Source of the DNA: Vitrella brassicaformis CCMP3155
Lineage: Eukaryota > Protista > Chromerida
Reading direction: 5' to 3'
DNA length: 64,000 nucleotides
Assembly: GCA_001179505.1 (NCBI GenBank)
Contig: CDMY01000482.1
Coordinates: 1 to 64,000 of the forward strand
The position numbers and the translations under genes are program-made. Within the stretch, counting starts at the first letter, position 1, and the number at the start of each line of letters is the position of its first letter. Below are positions 46,287 through 59,363 of the stretch, piece after piece. The notes under the pieces are model-generated. The model was not told the origin of the DNA. It saw nothing but the letters and a program-made list of their open reading frames with translations, and ran no database searches.

Positions 46287-49200
46287 ATGCGCAACTATCA
46301 GGGTGTGTTGATCAAGACCGGCAAGGTGTCGTGTACGCCGTGTGTGCGGCCCTACGCCATCACGGAGGAGCAGGGGGTGCACTACCTCATCTACCCCTCC
46401 AAGCAAGTCTTCAGGCGCAGAGAGGTATGGGTGCATGCGTGTCACACACTGACTCACACACTCACTGCGGTGGTTTCTGTGGTTTTCTTTGTGCTTGCTG
46501 CAGCAAAAGATCCCTCTGGTGCGGTTTACCTGCGAAGAGCCGAGGGCAGCCACAGATGAGGAGGTCAAGGCCGTAAAAACATCAGGTTCAACGACCGCCG
46601 CCCTCGCCCATAACACACAAGACACACAAAACACACCTGTGCACGCCTCTGTGTGTCACACAGGTGCGCTTCGTCAGTTCCGAAGGGCGTCGACTTTGCC
46701 GTCAGGCCGGCGAAAATCGCTAGAAATGCCTCCTGACCCCGGTTTCTGCTTCCAAATAAACGTGAAGCTGAGGCTCAAGGAGCATGGCAACGTCATCACC
46801 AAAAAACTCGCCATCTTCGTCGTGTAGGCCGCCACACACACTGGATGAACGGACGGATGAATGTGTTATGACAGGGGGAGGCAGTTGAATGTCCGACTTT
46901 GTGTGTTGTGTGTATAGGCCTGAGGAGAACAATTTCACTGCTATGTACACCAAGATACGGAAGATCTCCCAAACTGCAAGTGAGGTCGATTCGATACTCA
47001 CAAGCTCCTATCACCAAGTTCCTGATCCGCTGTCTATCTCTTTTTCCATACGCAGCTGCGGCGCCACCTGTGATGGGCGCGGTGGGATAGACCAGCCAAT
47101 GATATCAGAAAGCGGAAGCTGCCATTGTTCATGTCTCCTGCCTCCCTCCCTCTGTCTGCCGCAATGTGCTCAGAATCTCGCCCTCACGGCAATGTATTCG
47201 GGCATCGACTCAGACGAAGAACAGTAGGCACCCCTTGAACCCGTCTACAAGCACCACGTGTGATCTGCGCTCTCTGTGTCCAATCCTCCATGTCTCCCAT
47301 CATCAGCCACGGTGCCGACAGGAGCTCTTTCAAGTCTCTCGGAGTGGAGTCGCCCCGGACCAACCAGCTGGGAGTATCAATGGCCACAGAGACATCAGCA
47401 CACGAAGGCGGGACGGTGAGTCCAGCTGACTCATGTCATGCAGATGTCTGAAATGCACCAACATGCACCGTCTGGTGTCATCCATGTGTGCAGGCAAGCG
47501 TCGAAAGAGGGGACACTGGGGAGAAGGAGGCAGCGGCTACAGCGGACCAGGCAAGGCGGACTGGACTTGCTGTTCGAGGAATGGCCTGTCTGCCTGAATG
47601 AGACGTATCCGTGTGTGTGTGCATGCATGTAGGAAAGGGAGAATGCCGAGATAGAGGAGGCCATCAAGCGGTCACTGGAAGAGAACCAAGCCACAAAACA
47701 CCAGCATCAACTGGTGAAATACACAACGAATTATGTGGACTGCGGCACAGATAGACACCGCCTTGCTGTCTGTCAGGATACCACCCCCACGACCGATCAG
47801 GCTATGATAGCCGTCACCGAGCCCCCTCCCACCGAAGGGGAACCAGACAACCACGCCGCCACCACCACACGACACCGATCCGAGAGCACCGACAATGCGG
47901 CAGAACAGTCACCAGAGGGGCCACACGCACGGTCGCTGCCCCCGCCCGCCCTCAAGCCCGACTCGCTGCCCACCACGCCGCAAGACTCAGAGAGAGAGCC
48001 GGGAGGAAGGGAGGCCGAGACGGCAGAGGAGGTTGTTGTTGTCGCGGAGGAAGATGTGGACAGGGAGCGGTGAGACAATATGAGGGGATAAGAGAATACT
48101 GCAGTGTGTGTATTCCGTTGCGTGTGTGGCGTTCAGGGGTGATGAGGGGAGAGAAGAGGCGCCTGAGGACTCACATGAGAGGGAGAGGGAGAGGGAGCCG
48201 GAGAGTGTCGAGCATAGGGCAGGGAGAGGGGAGGTCCCAGCATTCACCGTCGACACTTCCATGCCAGTGGCATGCACCGGCAACCTCCGTGTCAAGTAAT
48301 GTCATGCAATCGGGGGAAAGACTCCGTCCAGTGCTGATTGGTACTTGGCTGATCTCCTCTGTCTGTCTGTCTGCCTGGCAGGTGCCGTTACTGTCGCGGC
48401 CTGAGGTGTGCTGACATGGCCATACTCAAAGGCAAAAGCTCCTCAGACCCATACGCCGTCGTCCACTTCCCGGTCAGTCATCATGACTGACCCGTACTCT
48501 CGACCACAAAAGACACAGCACTCACATCGGTTCCTGCCTTGTCCATTCTGCAGGTGGGGCCTGGTTTGATAGAGAAGTGGACAACGAGCGTGGTGAGGAA
48601 GAACGTCGACCCTGACTTGGAAGAGGAGGCCGTCTACCGCGTCCAGTGGGAGGCGGGCGATCCCTCACCACCGAGCGAGCTGCTGGTGGAGGTGTTTGAC
48701 TCTGACTTCGGCAAGAGCGACGACTTCCTCGGCCAGGTCTTCGTGCCGCTGCTGTGGACATCGCCCGGCCTGCACAGGCACTACGACCTGCCACTCTTGT
48801 CAGACACGTCCAAAAACCGACATGAAGCCAAGGTACCTTTTGTGTCACTTACCCACGAGGACACACGGTCTGTCTGCCTTCATCGTCATATCAGGGGTCC
48901 ATTTCCCTCGACATCGAGTGGACGCCAGACGCCCCGCCACCACTACCACCACCAACACCACCACCAGCACCAGCACCAGCAGAAGCAGAGGCCACAGCAG
49001 AGAGAGAGGAGGGCGTGGGGGCCAGCGTCCCCCCTGCCGCTGCTGCAGCAGCGGCCGTCAAGGAGGTCCGCACCGTCCTCAGAGGGGGGTCCCTCAGCCA
49101 TCTCAGAGGCGCCGGCGGGCCACAGACAGACGCACACCCAGAGCCGCTGACCTCCGTCCCGCCCGAAGCCAACGAGCTGATCAGCCGCGAGGCCGTCGGT

Positions 49201-51406
49201 GCGGGCCGCACCGTCACGGGCGTGTCGCGGGCCCTCGCGGACGGAGGCACAGACGCCGACTCACTCATCGAAGAGGAAGACAACGAAGAGCAGGAGGAGG
49301 GACCAGTGCCCGCAGCGCGGCCAGAAAAGTCGTCATGGGTCTCCCGTGTGCTGTCGTGCGTGTGTGGGAGGCGGAGAAGGCGTCGGCCGTTCCGGAGTCC
49401 GAGTCAGATGGACGATGAGGACGAGGACATGCCTGACGTGGTGCCGTTTCCGTGGAATATTGGGAAGGAGGTTGAGATGTGGGCGGGGTATGGTGTGCCG
49501 CTGGATTGGGATGAGAGGCAGCGGCTGCTGAGGGAAGACAGAGACGACATCGAGCCTTTCAAAGACGTGTAAGCGAGAGAGACATGTGCACGCGAAAGCT
49601 ATTCCCATGAGAAATTGATTCTTGTCTCTCTGTCCCTGTCTCTCTGTCCCTCTCTATGTCAGTGCGCAGCTGCAGGCAACGAAGGTTTTGCACAAGTATG
49701 CCCTGGCCTTCGCCGTCCTGCTGCTGCTGTGTCTCTGCGGCCGGCTGTTCCCCTTCCTCATCCTGCCCCTGGCGGCCGCACTCCTGTGCTGCGTCATGCT
49801 CGTCTACCATGGCAGCCCCTCTGACACCCCTGCACCCGCACCAATCGCACAGGAGCATCGCAAGCTCACCTTGGGCCACGACATACCGGGATCGCCGCGG
49901 TCAAGGAAGGTCAGCACGTGTGTGTGGCTGGGTGGGGTGCTGCAGTCCAACCTGGATCGAACATCTACATCTGTCTGTGTGTGCGTGATGTGATGTGATG
50001 TGGTGTTTGAAAGGCGTTCGCGGAGCCGATATTCTATCCGGCTGAGATCGCAAGGTTCCCTCACTACACACAGGTGGAGTTCCTCAACAGGTAAGTAAAA
50101 GCATCTTGGGCGGGGCGACGCCTGCGACCCTCGCTGTATGCAGGCTTCTGGCTGCCCTGTGGCCGAGCATGGTGGTGCAGCTTGACAGCATCATCTCAAC
50201 GTCGCTCCCCAAATGGCTCGCCCCAAAGTGCGTGGCGAGCGAAACAAACGCCGCGTATCCGCCTTTCTCTCTCACCCCTCCAATGTGTGTGTGTCGTGTG
50301 CGCAGGATAGCGACCCTGGGATCGCGCCCGCCGCTGCTGGTGTCTGTCAACGCCTACAAGGGTGTTCCGTGCATGATAGACGTCGACCTGAGGTGGACGT
50401 CGGGCATCACTCTTGACCTGCCACCTCTGGGCGGCCTCGATAACGTGACGGTGGAGATGCTGCTGAGGATCGGGCTGTCCCACTGGGTGGAAGTGGTACG
50501 TGCACATCTTGCGGTCTCATACGTTCGTCCACCAATGCATCTCGGAATTGTTCCTTGGGTCTGTCGTTCTGTGTGTCTGTGCGTATGTGTGTGCCTATGT
50601 CAGCCGTCGTGGGTTGGGCAGGTATCCGTCTGTCTCCTTCGCGTACCCACCATCACCCTCCATGTGAGCAGACAGACAGACAGACAGACAGCAAGACAGA
50701 CCACCAATTAGTGTAGGGATTTCCCCCATGCATGGGCATTCCTCTCTGACTCCACCGTCAGCTGAAGGGCCTGCTCTGTGCCGTGCACCCGATGCTCGTC
50801 TGGCCGGTGCAGCTGGTGCTGCCGCGGGTCCTTATGTGGCTGCTGGGGTGGCCAGCCAGGTTCGACATTCCCCTGATGCCCTCGGATGAGCTGCAGCACC
50901 ACTCGGCCAAGGGGCTGCTGCAGGTGCACGTCCGTCAGGGGCAGCAGCTGCGGGCGAGCGACATATCCCTGTGGGGCAAGGCATCGTCGGACCCTTATGT
51001 GCTGGTGCGGGTGTCGGAGGAGGCCAAGTCGTGGAGAACCAAATCTGTCAGCCGATCGCTCAACCCGCAATTCAACGAAGTGGGCGTTACTTATACTGAC
51101 AGAACACAGCACAAAGCAAAGAGATGGCCTGCCGCGACGCGATGGGTCTCTCTCTCTGTCTGTATGTCCTTATGTCAGATTTTCCACATTCCTTTGACCA
51201 ACCCCACGGCGCGTCTGCTGTATTTCCACGTCTACGACAAGGACAAGGTGGGCTCTGACGACCTCCTGGGCTTCGCGCGGGTGCCTGTCAAGGAGATAGT
51301 CGAGAAGGGCACCTGGGACGGCAGGCTCGAACTCGCACCGCCAGAGTTCTGCAGGCACGCCACATCGACGCGAAGCACGGCACACCAACCATGGTCGCTC
51401 TCTCCC

Positions 51407-51441
<35 letters not shown>

Positions 51442-52746
51442 TGTGTGCCTTTTGCAGCACTGAGGAGAGCCGCAACCCCAACACGAGGGGCGAGGTGATG
51501 CTGGAGGCCCTGCGGTCGTTCAACGAGGAGGACAGGTCGCCCACAGCACCATCGCCTGCAGCCAGAAGCGACACCGGCACCGACCACCGACTCAGACATG
51601 GAGTCAAGACGTCAGCCACCACATAAAGATCAGGCCTCAGTGGATGCATCAGGGGACTAGAGACACGTACGTAATGTAGCGTCTGATGTGGTGTGGTGTG
51701 GTGTGGTGTCATGTTTAGTCAGCTGAAGAGCGTGTGGGCCAAGGCGGGGAAGCGGCCCCCCTCCGCGGGCAAACTCTATGTCCGCCTCTCATGGCTGCCG
51801 CAAGCACCATGTAGGCGCACAGAACAGACACACACACAAACACTCCATCAGATGTCTGTCTGTCTGTCTGTCACTCCGTGTCTCCTCACTCACGTCATTT
51901 CAGCAGCAAGGATCACCGAGGCTGCCCGTGTTTCGATCTTCGGAGGGGTGCTGACAGCCATGCCATCTCCAACCAAACCCACACACACATCATGAGTGAT
52001 GTCTCCGTGTGGGATGTGTGTGTGTGCAGGTGCCTCCCGAGCTGGACATCGACCACGAAGGCATCATCTCCCCCCAGCCGACCGACGCCGAGACACGCAA
52101 GTCCCGCTCATTCCCGGAGCTGCAGACGCTCGAGTCCTTTTTGCACGACGCATTGGGGGGCGGTCTGCTGTCCGTCACCCTCATCCGGGCCACCAACCTG
52201 CGGGCGGCCGACTTCAACGGCTTCTCTGACCCCTATGCACTGCTGACCATACTCAACGCGGGATGCGACGTCAAAGTGCAGCGAAGCAAGGTGGGAGGGA
52301 GAGACGGGGGATGCGCCCTCCGGTGAATGGGGAAATAAGTCCCTGTCTGTCTGTCTGTCTGTCTATCTGATTTGGGTGGGTGGGTGTTTGGATGCGCTGC
52401 AGACGATCAAGAGGAATCTGAATCCCGTGTGGCGGGAGGAATTCCTTTTCGACGTCCGCACAGTCGACGACGCCAGGCTGAAGGTAAGTAGGCAACGCAG
52501 TCACCTTGATATGTCAGTCATCTCGTTGTGTTGTGTGAGCCTGTCTGGTCGTGTGGTGTGGTGTGGTGTGCACTGCAGGTGGTGGTCAAGGACAGGGATG
52601 TTATCGGCAAAGACGACTTCCTGGGCCAGGTGGAGGTACCCGTGCGTGAGCTGCTGGACGGCCACCACCAGGGAGACATCAGATTGGAGGAGACCAAGGG
52701 CGTCCCATCCACCCTGCAGCTGGAGGCCCACCTCACGCGCACCTAA
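46287..52746 (+). CDS. Extended-synaptotagmin-like lipid-transfer protein: PH-like, UIM, C2, TM hairpin, SMP, C2, C2; many exons
   Basis: PH-like NYQGVLIKTGK...NFTAMYTKIRKIS; UIM-like EIEEAIKRSLEE; C2 GNLRVK|CRYCRGLRCAD..SSDPYAVV...VFDSDFGKSDDFLGQV; TM YALAFAVLLLLCLCGRLFPFLILPLAAALLCCVMLVY; SMP VEFLN|RLLAALWP; two more C2 domains with DPY and DxDxxxxDDxLG. Junctions at 47050-47640 are ambiguous. Confidence 0.8.
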
Positions 52747-53483
52747 GTGACCAATTGCTGTGGTGTGTTTGGAGGGTGGGACGGCTGTCTGTCTGGAATG
52801 ATGTGGTGTCTTTGGAGGGAGGGAGGGAGGGGGGGGATGGTGTGGGTATTTGTGCGCTGCTCTCTGCTGGTCTCTCGCGTCGTGGGTGCGTGTTCACACA
52901 CACAAACTTTTTCTGATTTGATCTGGCCAGCCACCCAGCTGTGCTCAAACTTTCTTCTGTGTCCATGTGTGCGTCTTTACGCTGGAATGCGTTGAATAAA
53001 CTCGGAAGGGAAGAAGCCCCCCACTGTCCCCGCGATGTGCATTAGTTTGATGGATGGATGGATGGATGACAGGGGCGTCACTGGTGACCGACTGACGGCC
53101 CCTCCCTCCCTCCCTCCCTCCGTCTGTGTGTGTGTGTGTGTGTGTCACTCATACTTAAGGAAAGTCATACCGACGCAGAAACACCAGCCTGCGCCACGCT
53201 ACCCGACAGCACTCGTCACATATCCCATGACACCACACCAGATGGATGCATGCTGGCTCTGATCCTGTCTTGGGTATCCCTCTGTCTTTCTGTCTGTCTG
53301 TCTGTCTGTCTCTCTTGCTACAGTAAGCACGGCACTAGCAGCACACCCCCATGGCATACACACACGGTCACATACGTCCCATCCCCAGCCCGTAAACAGC
53401 GCATCAGCACTTCTTCCTCCCTCCCTCCCTCCCTCCCTCTTTTCCTCCCTCATCAACTAAACCCACTACCTACCGCTCATGGA

Positions 53484-56400
53484 TCAGGGATCTAGCCGCC
53501 GATAGGCCCACCCATCAGTGGCCTTGCCGTCGTCCTTGCCAATGCCTGTGCCCCTGCCCCTGCCCCTCCCCCCGCTCTCCGCATCCGTGGGCGCCGAGGG
53601 CTGTGGCGAGGGCGTTTGGTCGCTCTCGTCGGTGAACAGCAGCGCCCCCTCCGGGCACTCCACACCCGGAGGGCCCTCGTCCACGCCGCCCCTGCTGCTC
53701 GACACCCCACCTAGCGATGAGAGGTCGTCATGCGTCACGTTGCCACCGCGCTTCCTCCCGGGGCTGGCGCCCGCGCGGGCCCTGCGCGTGAGGAAGCCCA
53801 GCCATCGTTGCGGGTCGGTGGAGTTCTCCGGGTAAGGCCCCTCCGGGTTCTTGACCAGCTGTCCGCGTGAGGGCTTCTGGCCGGGGATGGGCGGCAGCGG
53901 CGGGGGGTAGTACCCTTTGCCAGTGCTCGTGGGCTCACCGCCCACCGTCGTCACAATGCGCCGCTGCTGGGAGAGGCCGGGCGATCGCAACATATGGAAC
54001 GTCGGCCCCTCGACGGCGCTGGGCGGCTGCGTGCTGACGCCATGGCGGTAAGGCCCTGTGTCGCTGGGGTGGCGCTTGGAGGAGGGCGTGCCGCCGCCGA
54101 CGTGGAGGGCATATGCGTTCCAGCTGCCGCCTCGTGTGTATGCGGGGCTGCGGCCGCTGACGGATGTGCCTGCGGGGGTGCGGTCGGCTTCGGCGCCCGA
54201 TGTGCGGGACGGCGTGGGGGTCTCGTCCTTGGAGGTCCGCAACGGACGGGCCTCCTTCTCTCTAGGTGGGAAACGCAGCTGAACAAGGACAGACACACAC
54301 ACACACACGCACACACACACAGAGACAGAGGGAGAGAGAGTCGAGCGACAGAAAGGGTCGCTGCGTGCTTGTGGGATGGGGGCGGGGCGTACCAGAGCTG
54401 CCTTTCGGCTGCTGTCGAACTCGTCGAGGATTTCCTCCTGGATCAGCTCCTCGATGACATCCTCGAGGGTGACAATCCCGATGAACGTGGCGTTGCGGTC
54501 CACTGCGCGGTGGTTGGCCTGACAAACAGACAGACAGACAGACAGGGGGCACCCCACGGTCATCTGGGGGACTGTGGTGTGTCTGTCTATTGTGGATAGG
54601 CGGCTGGCGCACCGCACGCACCAGTGCACTGGCGTATTCCTCGACCAGCTCGGTGACGATGGCTATGTGCGATCGACCCTGACACACAACACATGACAAC
54701 ACATGACAACACACCACACACAGGACGGTCCGTCCGTCGGTCAGTGTGTCTGTCTTGCTGCGTGTAGTTTGTCAGCCTTAGTTACGCATTGGAACTCGTT
54801 GAGCATGTCGTAGAGGGATGCCTGCGGTGACGCCACCAGGGGGGCGTGGCACACAAACTCCGACACCAGACGCCCTGGATGAATCGATAGAATGACACAC
54901 AGACACGCACACACACGCGATACACGAAACAGGGCCAGCTGCCTGTGGATCGGATGCAATCAGTCAGTGTCGCCTCTCCCCCTGTGACGTGACGTGACGA
55001 ACCTTCCTTTGGGTCCACTGTGATGAGGCTCTTGACCAGCAGGATGCCCTGCACGTTGTTGCGCGTCCTGCACTCACCCACACGCATGTCCTGTGTGCTG
55101 TGCTGTGTGTACCGGTCGCTCTCTGAGCTCACTCGCTGTATACGAGCACTCTGGAGTGTCCCCTCTCCAACAACTCGGTCAAAACGGCAGGCGTCAGCCG
55201 GGTCTTCATCTCCTGCACGCATCACATCACATCACACACGAACAGCAGCCAGCCCCCTCCCTGTTGGTGTCCTGTCCACTCCACGTGTCTGTCGACTGAC
55301 TGGCTGACTGACCAGCATGTAGATGTCTTCAAACGGCACCATCACCTCAACCACAGTCTTTGCTGCCAGATCCAGCGCACCTGCACACACAAGGTAAGGT
55401 ATACTATACATCGCTGGCTGACCCATGTCATGAGTGGGGCTTGGCTTGGCTTGCGAGGGATTCATGGGGTGGGGACTGACCTTCAATGACGATCACTTCG
55501 TCACGCCCGAGTACGTCGTCCATCATGATCTGGTCTGCAGTGCACAGAAAAGCCACAACCATTTCTGCCAGGATTGTGGCGTTTGATGTGTGTCTGCGCG
55601 CGTTGCGTTTGTCACCTCTGATGTCCTCCGGCGCCTGTGCGTGCGGGTCTGACTGCTTCCTCTGTGTCCCGCGGTTGTCAAGACCATGCATCCTGACACA
55701 CACACACACACACACACACACACAACACAGCGTCTTTCACCCGCCCAGCCATCCCCCCGCCCAGCCACCCACCTGATGAGGGCTTTGAGATGGGACCGTG
55801 CGTAGAATCCTTCCTCCTCTGAGTGGTCGCCCAGCAGAGTGTCGAGCAGCCGTGCGATGGGCCAGGATATGCACCAGAAGATCACCAGCATCGTCTTGAC
55901 GATCGGTGCCGTGTAGTAGGCGATTGCCAGCTGGCTGGGGCCGGTGCACAGGGCCTGGGGCAGCACCTACTCACACACACACACGAGGTAGGTGGGTGGG
56001 TGGGTGGGAATGTATGGTGAGCGGAGCGAGCCAGATGGATGGATGCCAAACTCAACTCACCTCTCCGAAGATGAGAATGGCCGTGACGGAGAGCACGACG
56101 GCCATCCAGCTTGGCACCAACGCATCGAGGAACAAGGGCAAAGCCTGCACAGATGCACCGACACACAGACAGACACACAGACAGACAGACAGACAGACAG
56201 ACAGGCAGGCAGACAGACAGGTAGGCAATTGACACATCTGTTCTCTCTCGTGTGTGTTCCTTCCGTGGGTCTCACCTCCATGCAGGTCGCGTTGGCAAGT
56301 AGGAGCGTCACCAGCACTGCACCGCACCGCCACATACGCAATCAGAGAGAGATACACACTCAAACAAACGCGCCGAGAAGGATGTGATGTGATGTGTGCC

Positions 56401-57007
56401 TCTCACGCACACAAGTGGTGGTGGTGGATCAGGGACAAGACCTTCTCAGCCCTGCAGCCAGGCAGGCACAAAACACCCACTCACGGTCCGTGTGGTGTGG
56501 AAGGAACAGGCCCGGCTCTTCTGTCTGTCTGTCTGTCTGTTGCCGCTCTGTCTGTCCTTCCCTCCCACACAGAACTGACCTCAGTTGTTCCACTTCTGTG
56601 CCCTCGGTCGACAGGATGCGCAGCCTCACGGGGTCGAGTGACATCAGCCCGGTGGTCAGACCCGACATCAGACCCGCAAACGCAACCAGCCCCACACAGA
56701 TCGCCTGCAACACACAACACAGACACACACACGCGACAGGAAGCCAACAGGCATCACAACGACAACACCGAAGCCAAGCCATCTGTTGGTCACTCACGAC
56801 GTAGATCCAGAACCAGCTGCTGTAGATGCTCAGTTTCTCCTGTAGCGCCGCTGTCGACCGTGCAAACAGCCCCGAAAGATACGAGAAGGACCCCTCTGAG
56901 TGGTCGTCGTCGTCGTGCGATGCCGCCAAGGTCCCCAACAGCGCCACCAGGAGGCAGAGGCCGAGCCTGGTGGAGGCATACAGGCGCATGGCAGACCGGG
57001 CCGCCAT
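53484..57007 (-). CDS. CNNM/DUF21-CBS domain metal (Mg2+) transporter-like protein, multi-exon
   Basis: Signal-like N-terminus; AFAGLMSGLTTGLMSLDP (DUF21), LLLANATCME, ILIFGE|.LPQALC, FWCISWPIARLLD; CBS pair GILLVKSL, GRSHIAIV, IGIVTLEDVIEELIQEEILDE; long disordered tail. Confidence 0.92.
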
Positions 57008-57152
57008 CAAGCGATGATATCGGGCGCGTGCTTCGGTTGCTCGCAAACTGTTTTAGGGAGCACCCTAGGCTGCCTGACTGCATGTAGCAGGTCCGGGGCT
57101 CTGGTGATGATGATGATGATGATTCGTCGATGAAGGGGAGAAATGCAAAGAT

Positions 57153-59363
57153 ATGACGGATAACCGACCGCTCGCCGTCCGGCTGCTGCAGACGCACACC
57201 GTCCCTGTAGTCTTCAAACTGGTGGCTTCCCCGGAAGATGTCAAGGATGGCGAGTCTGGTACAAGGAAGGGCAGGCGGAGAACGAAAAGAGTCAGATCCC
57301 TGCAGAGAAATGGGTGCGGCTTGTGAATGTATCAGTTTCTTTGCTGGTCGGTGGCAAGACTCATCGCATGGCCCCTCCGTCGCCCACGTGTGACGCCTGG
57401 CGCGTCTGTGTGGCCATCCCGCCGGGCGACCATCGGTACCAATACGTCGTGACCGACCGTCATGGCCTAGTCAAGCGCTACGAGCAGCAGATGAAAAAGG
57501 CGCGTATCATCATCGAGCGCTCCATCTCCAGCGAGCACTCAGACATCCTACTCACCGTCATGGACACTTTCGGTAGCTGCATGTGCCACTGGGCCTCCGT
57601 GACGCCAACGCAGCAGGTGCGAAACGTGAAACACGGGAGCTGGATTTGCGTGCATCGTCTGCTTGTGCGATGTGCAGGAGTCTGAGGTTTCCTTCACATG
57701 TTCCTTCACCCCGTCGGCCCTCTTCGGCAGCTCCCAGCCCCCGCCGCCATTCACAGCCCTGCCAGACCCAGACGCCCTCCCTGCATCGCTCCCCAATGCG
57801 GCCACCATCCACACAAACTTCCGCAATGCCGTCACGCTGCAGTTCGGTGCTGGTGCGTGCCATCTGACGAAGCGGCTGGCCATCGGCATTGCTTGCGGCA
57901 CAATCAATGAAGGTGCAGCGCGCAGTCTCATCGAGCAGGGGGCCAACATCAAGGGCGGCGTCAAGGAGTCGCATGGAGGCGACCTCAGCCTGGTGGGGCT
58001 GGTGGTCGCATACCACACCGGCTCATCGGCTGGCAAGGTGCTCCGGGCACTCCTCGACGCCGGGGCGCAGATCGACGAGAGCCCCGACGACGCGGAGCAC
58101 AGGAGTTTGCGGGTCGCAATCAGAGAGGGGCGGTGGGCGCTGCTGGAGATCCTGCTCGAGCCGCAGTACAAGGCGGCCGTCAACGGCATGCAGCTGCTGT
58201 CGGAGCTGGGCGTAGAGGGCAAAGGTGGCAGAGAGAAGGGCCTGCCGCCGGCTGCCCATCTGCGCATCGTCAAGAAGATCGCCGAGCGCGACCCCTCTGT
58301 CCTCACAGAAGTGGACAGCAACGGCAAGCAGCCCATCCACCGCTACTGTGAGCACCCCCTCACCAGCGCCAAGTGCCAGCAGCGGCTCATCGACTACTTT
58401 GTCAAGGTGTGTGGGCATGACATCGTCAACGCACCAGACAGTGACGGCAGGCGGCCGCTGTGGGCCGCGTATTTCTCGACGCACCTCAGCCGCACGGGCC
58501 GCAAAGAGACCATCCACCGCCTCTACCACTTCGGTGCAGCGAAGCACATCAACACGCCCGACAGCAGCCAGCGCACTCTGCTGTGGGACCTGGCGCGTGA
58601 GATGACTGACGACGAAGAATATGAGCCTTCGGATGCCGTGCGGGTCGAGCCCGATCTCCTCGACTTGCTCACGCACGGTGCCTCGCTGACGGCTGCCGGC
58701 GTGACCCCACAGAGAGCCATCAGAGAGGCCAAGGATGAGCAGCGGCGTCAGCAGCGTGAGACCTGCGACCGCTGCGAGAGTTTGGAGGGAAGGCTCTTTG
58801 ACTTGGGCTACGAGTACTGGGACAGCGATGACGAGGAGGAGGTGGACGACGCAGACTGGCCCATGAGGAGGATCGTGAAGGCATACGGCACGCTGCTGAA
58901 CCGCAAGATCCCTCGCCGGTCCATCCGTGCCATCAACACCGCTCTGCAGCCCAGCCGCTCCATTGTGGCCTCGCTAGCCCAACCCATACCCATCAGCGAG
59001 ACGACACACGTCACGCTGCCTCCCGAGATTCAGACGACGATCGCCTCCCTGCTGACCCCCTCCCCCTCCCTCCCCATCGGCGAGAACCCATTCGGCACAC
59101 GCATCAACCGGGCCATGCAACAATACGTGACGGCCGCCAGCCGCAGCATCATCCAGCACGGCAACGTCCATGTGGTGGGCGGGCCGGGCCAGCCACCGCT
59201 GCGCCCCTTCGCCATCGGCGGGGAGACGGGCCGCCGCATGGGCATCTGCGAGGTGATCTTTCGTGTCGTTCGGATGGAAACGCTGCGGTGGGGCATCAAC
59301 CTGACGCTCAAGCACGGGATGGACAATGACGAGCAGATCATCAGGACCATGCGGGTGGCGTAA
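57153..59363 (+). CDS. Ankyrin-like family copy D; join(57153..57258,57336..57616,57678..59363), 690 aa
   Basis: Exons sum to 2073 nt (3n), with the same MTDNRP start and intron positions as copy A. Confidence 0.85.

Noticed and set aside
47599-47604. In-frame TGA before a good donor as selenocysteine
   Set aside because: Alternative frames and acceptors avoid the stop; no SECIS was identified and there is no redox motif.
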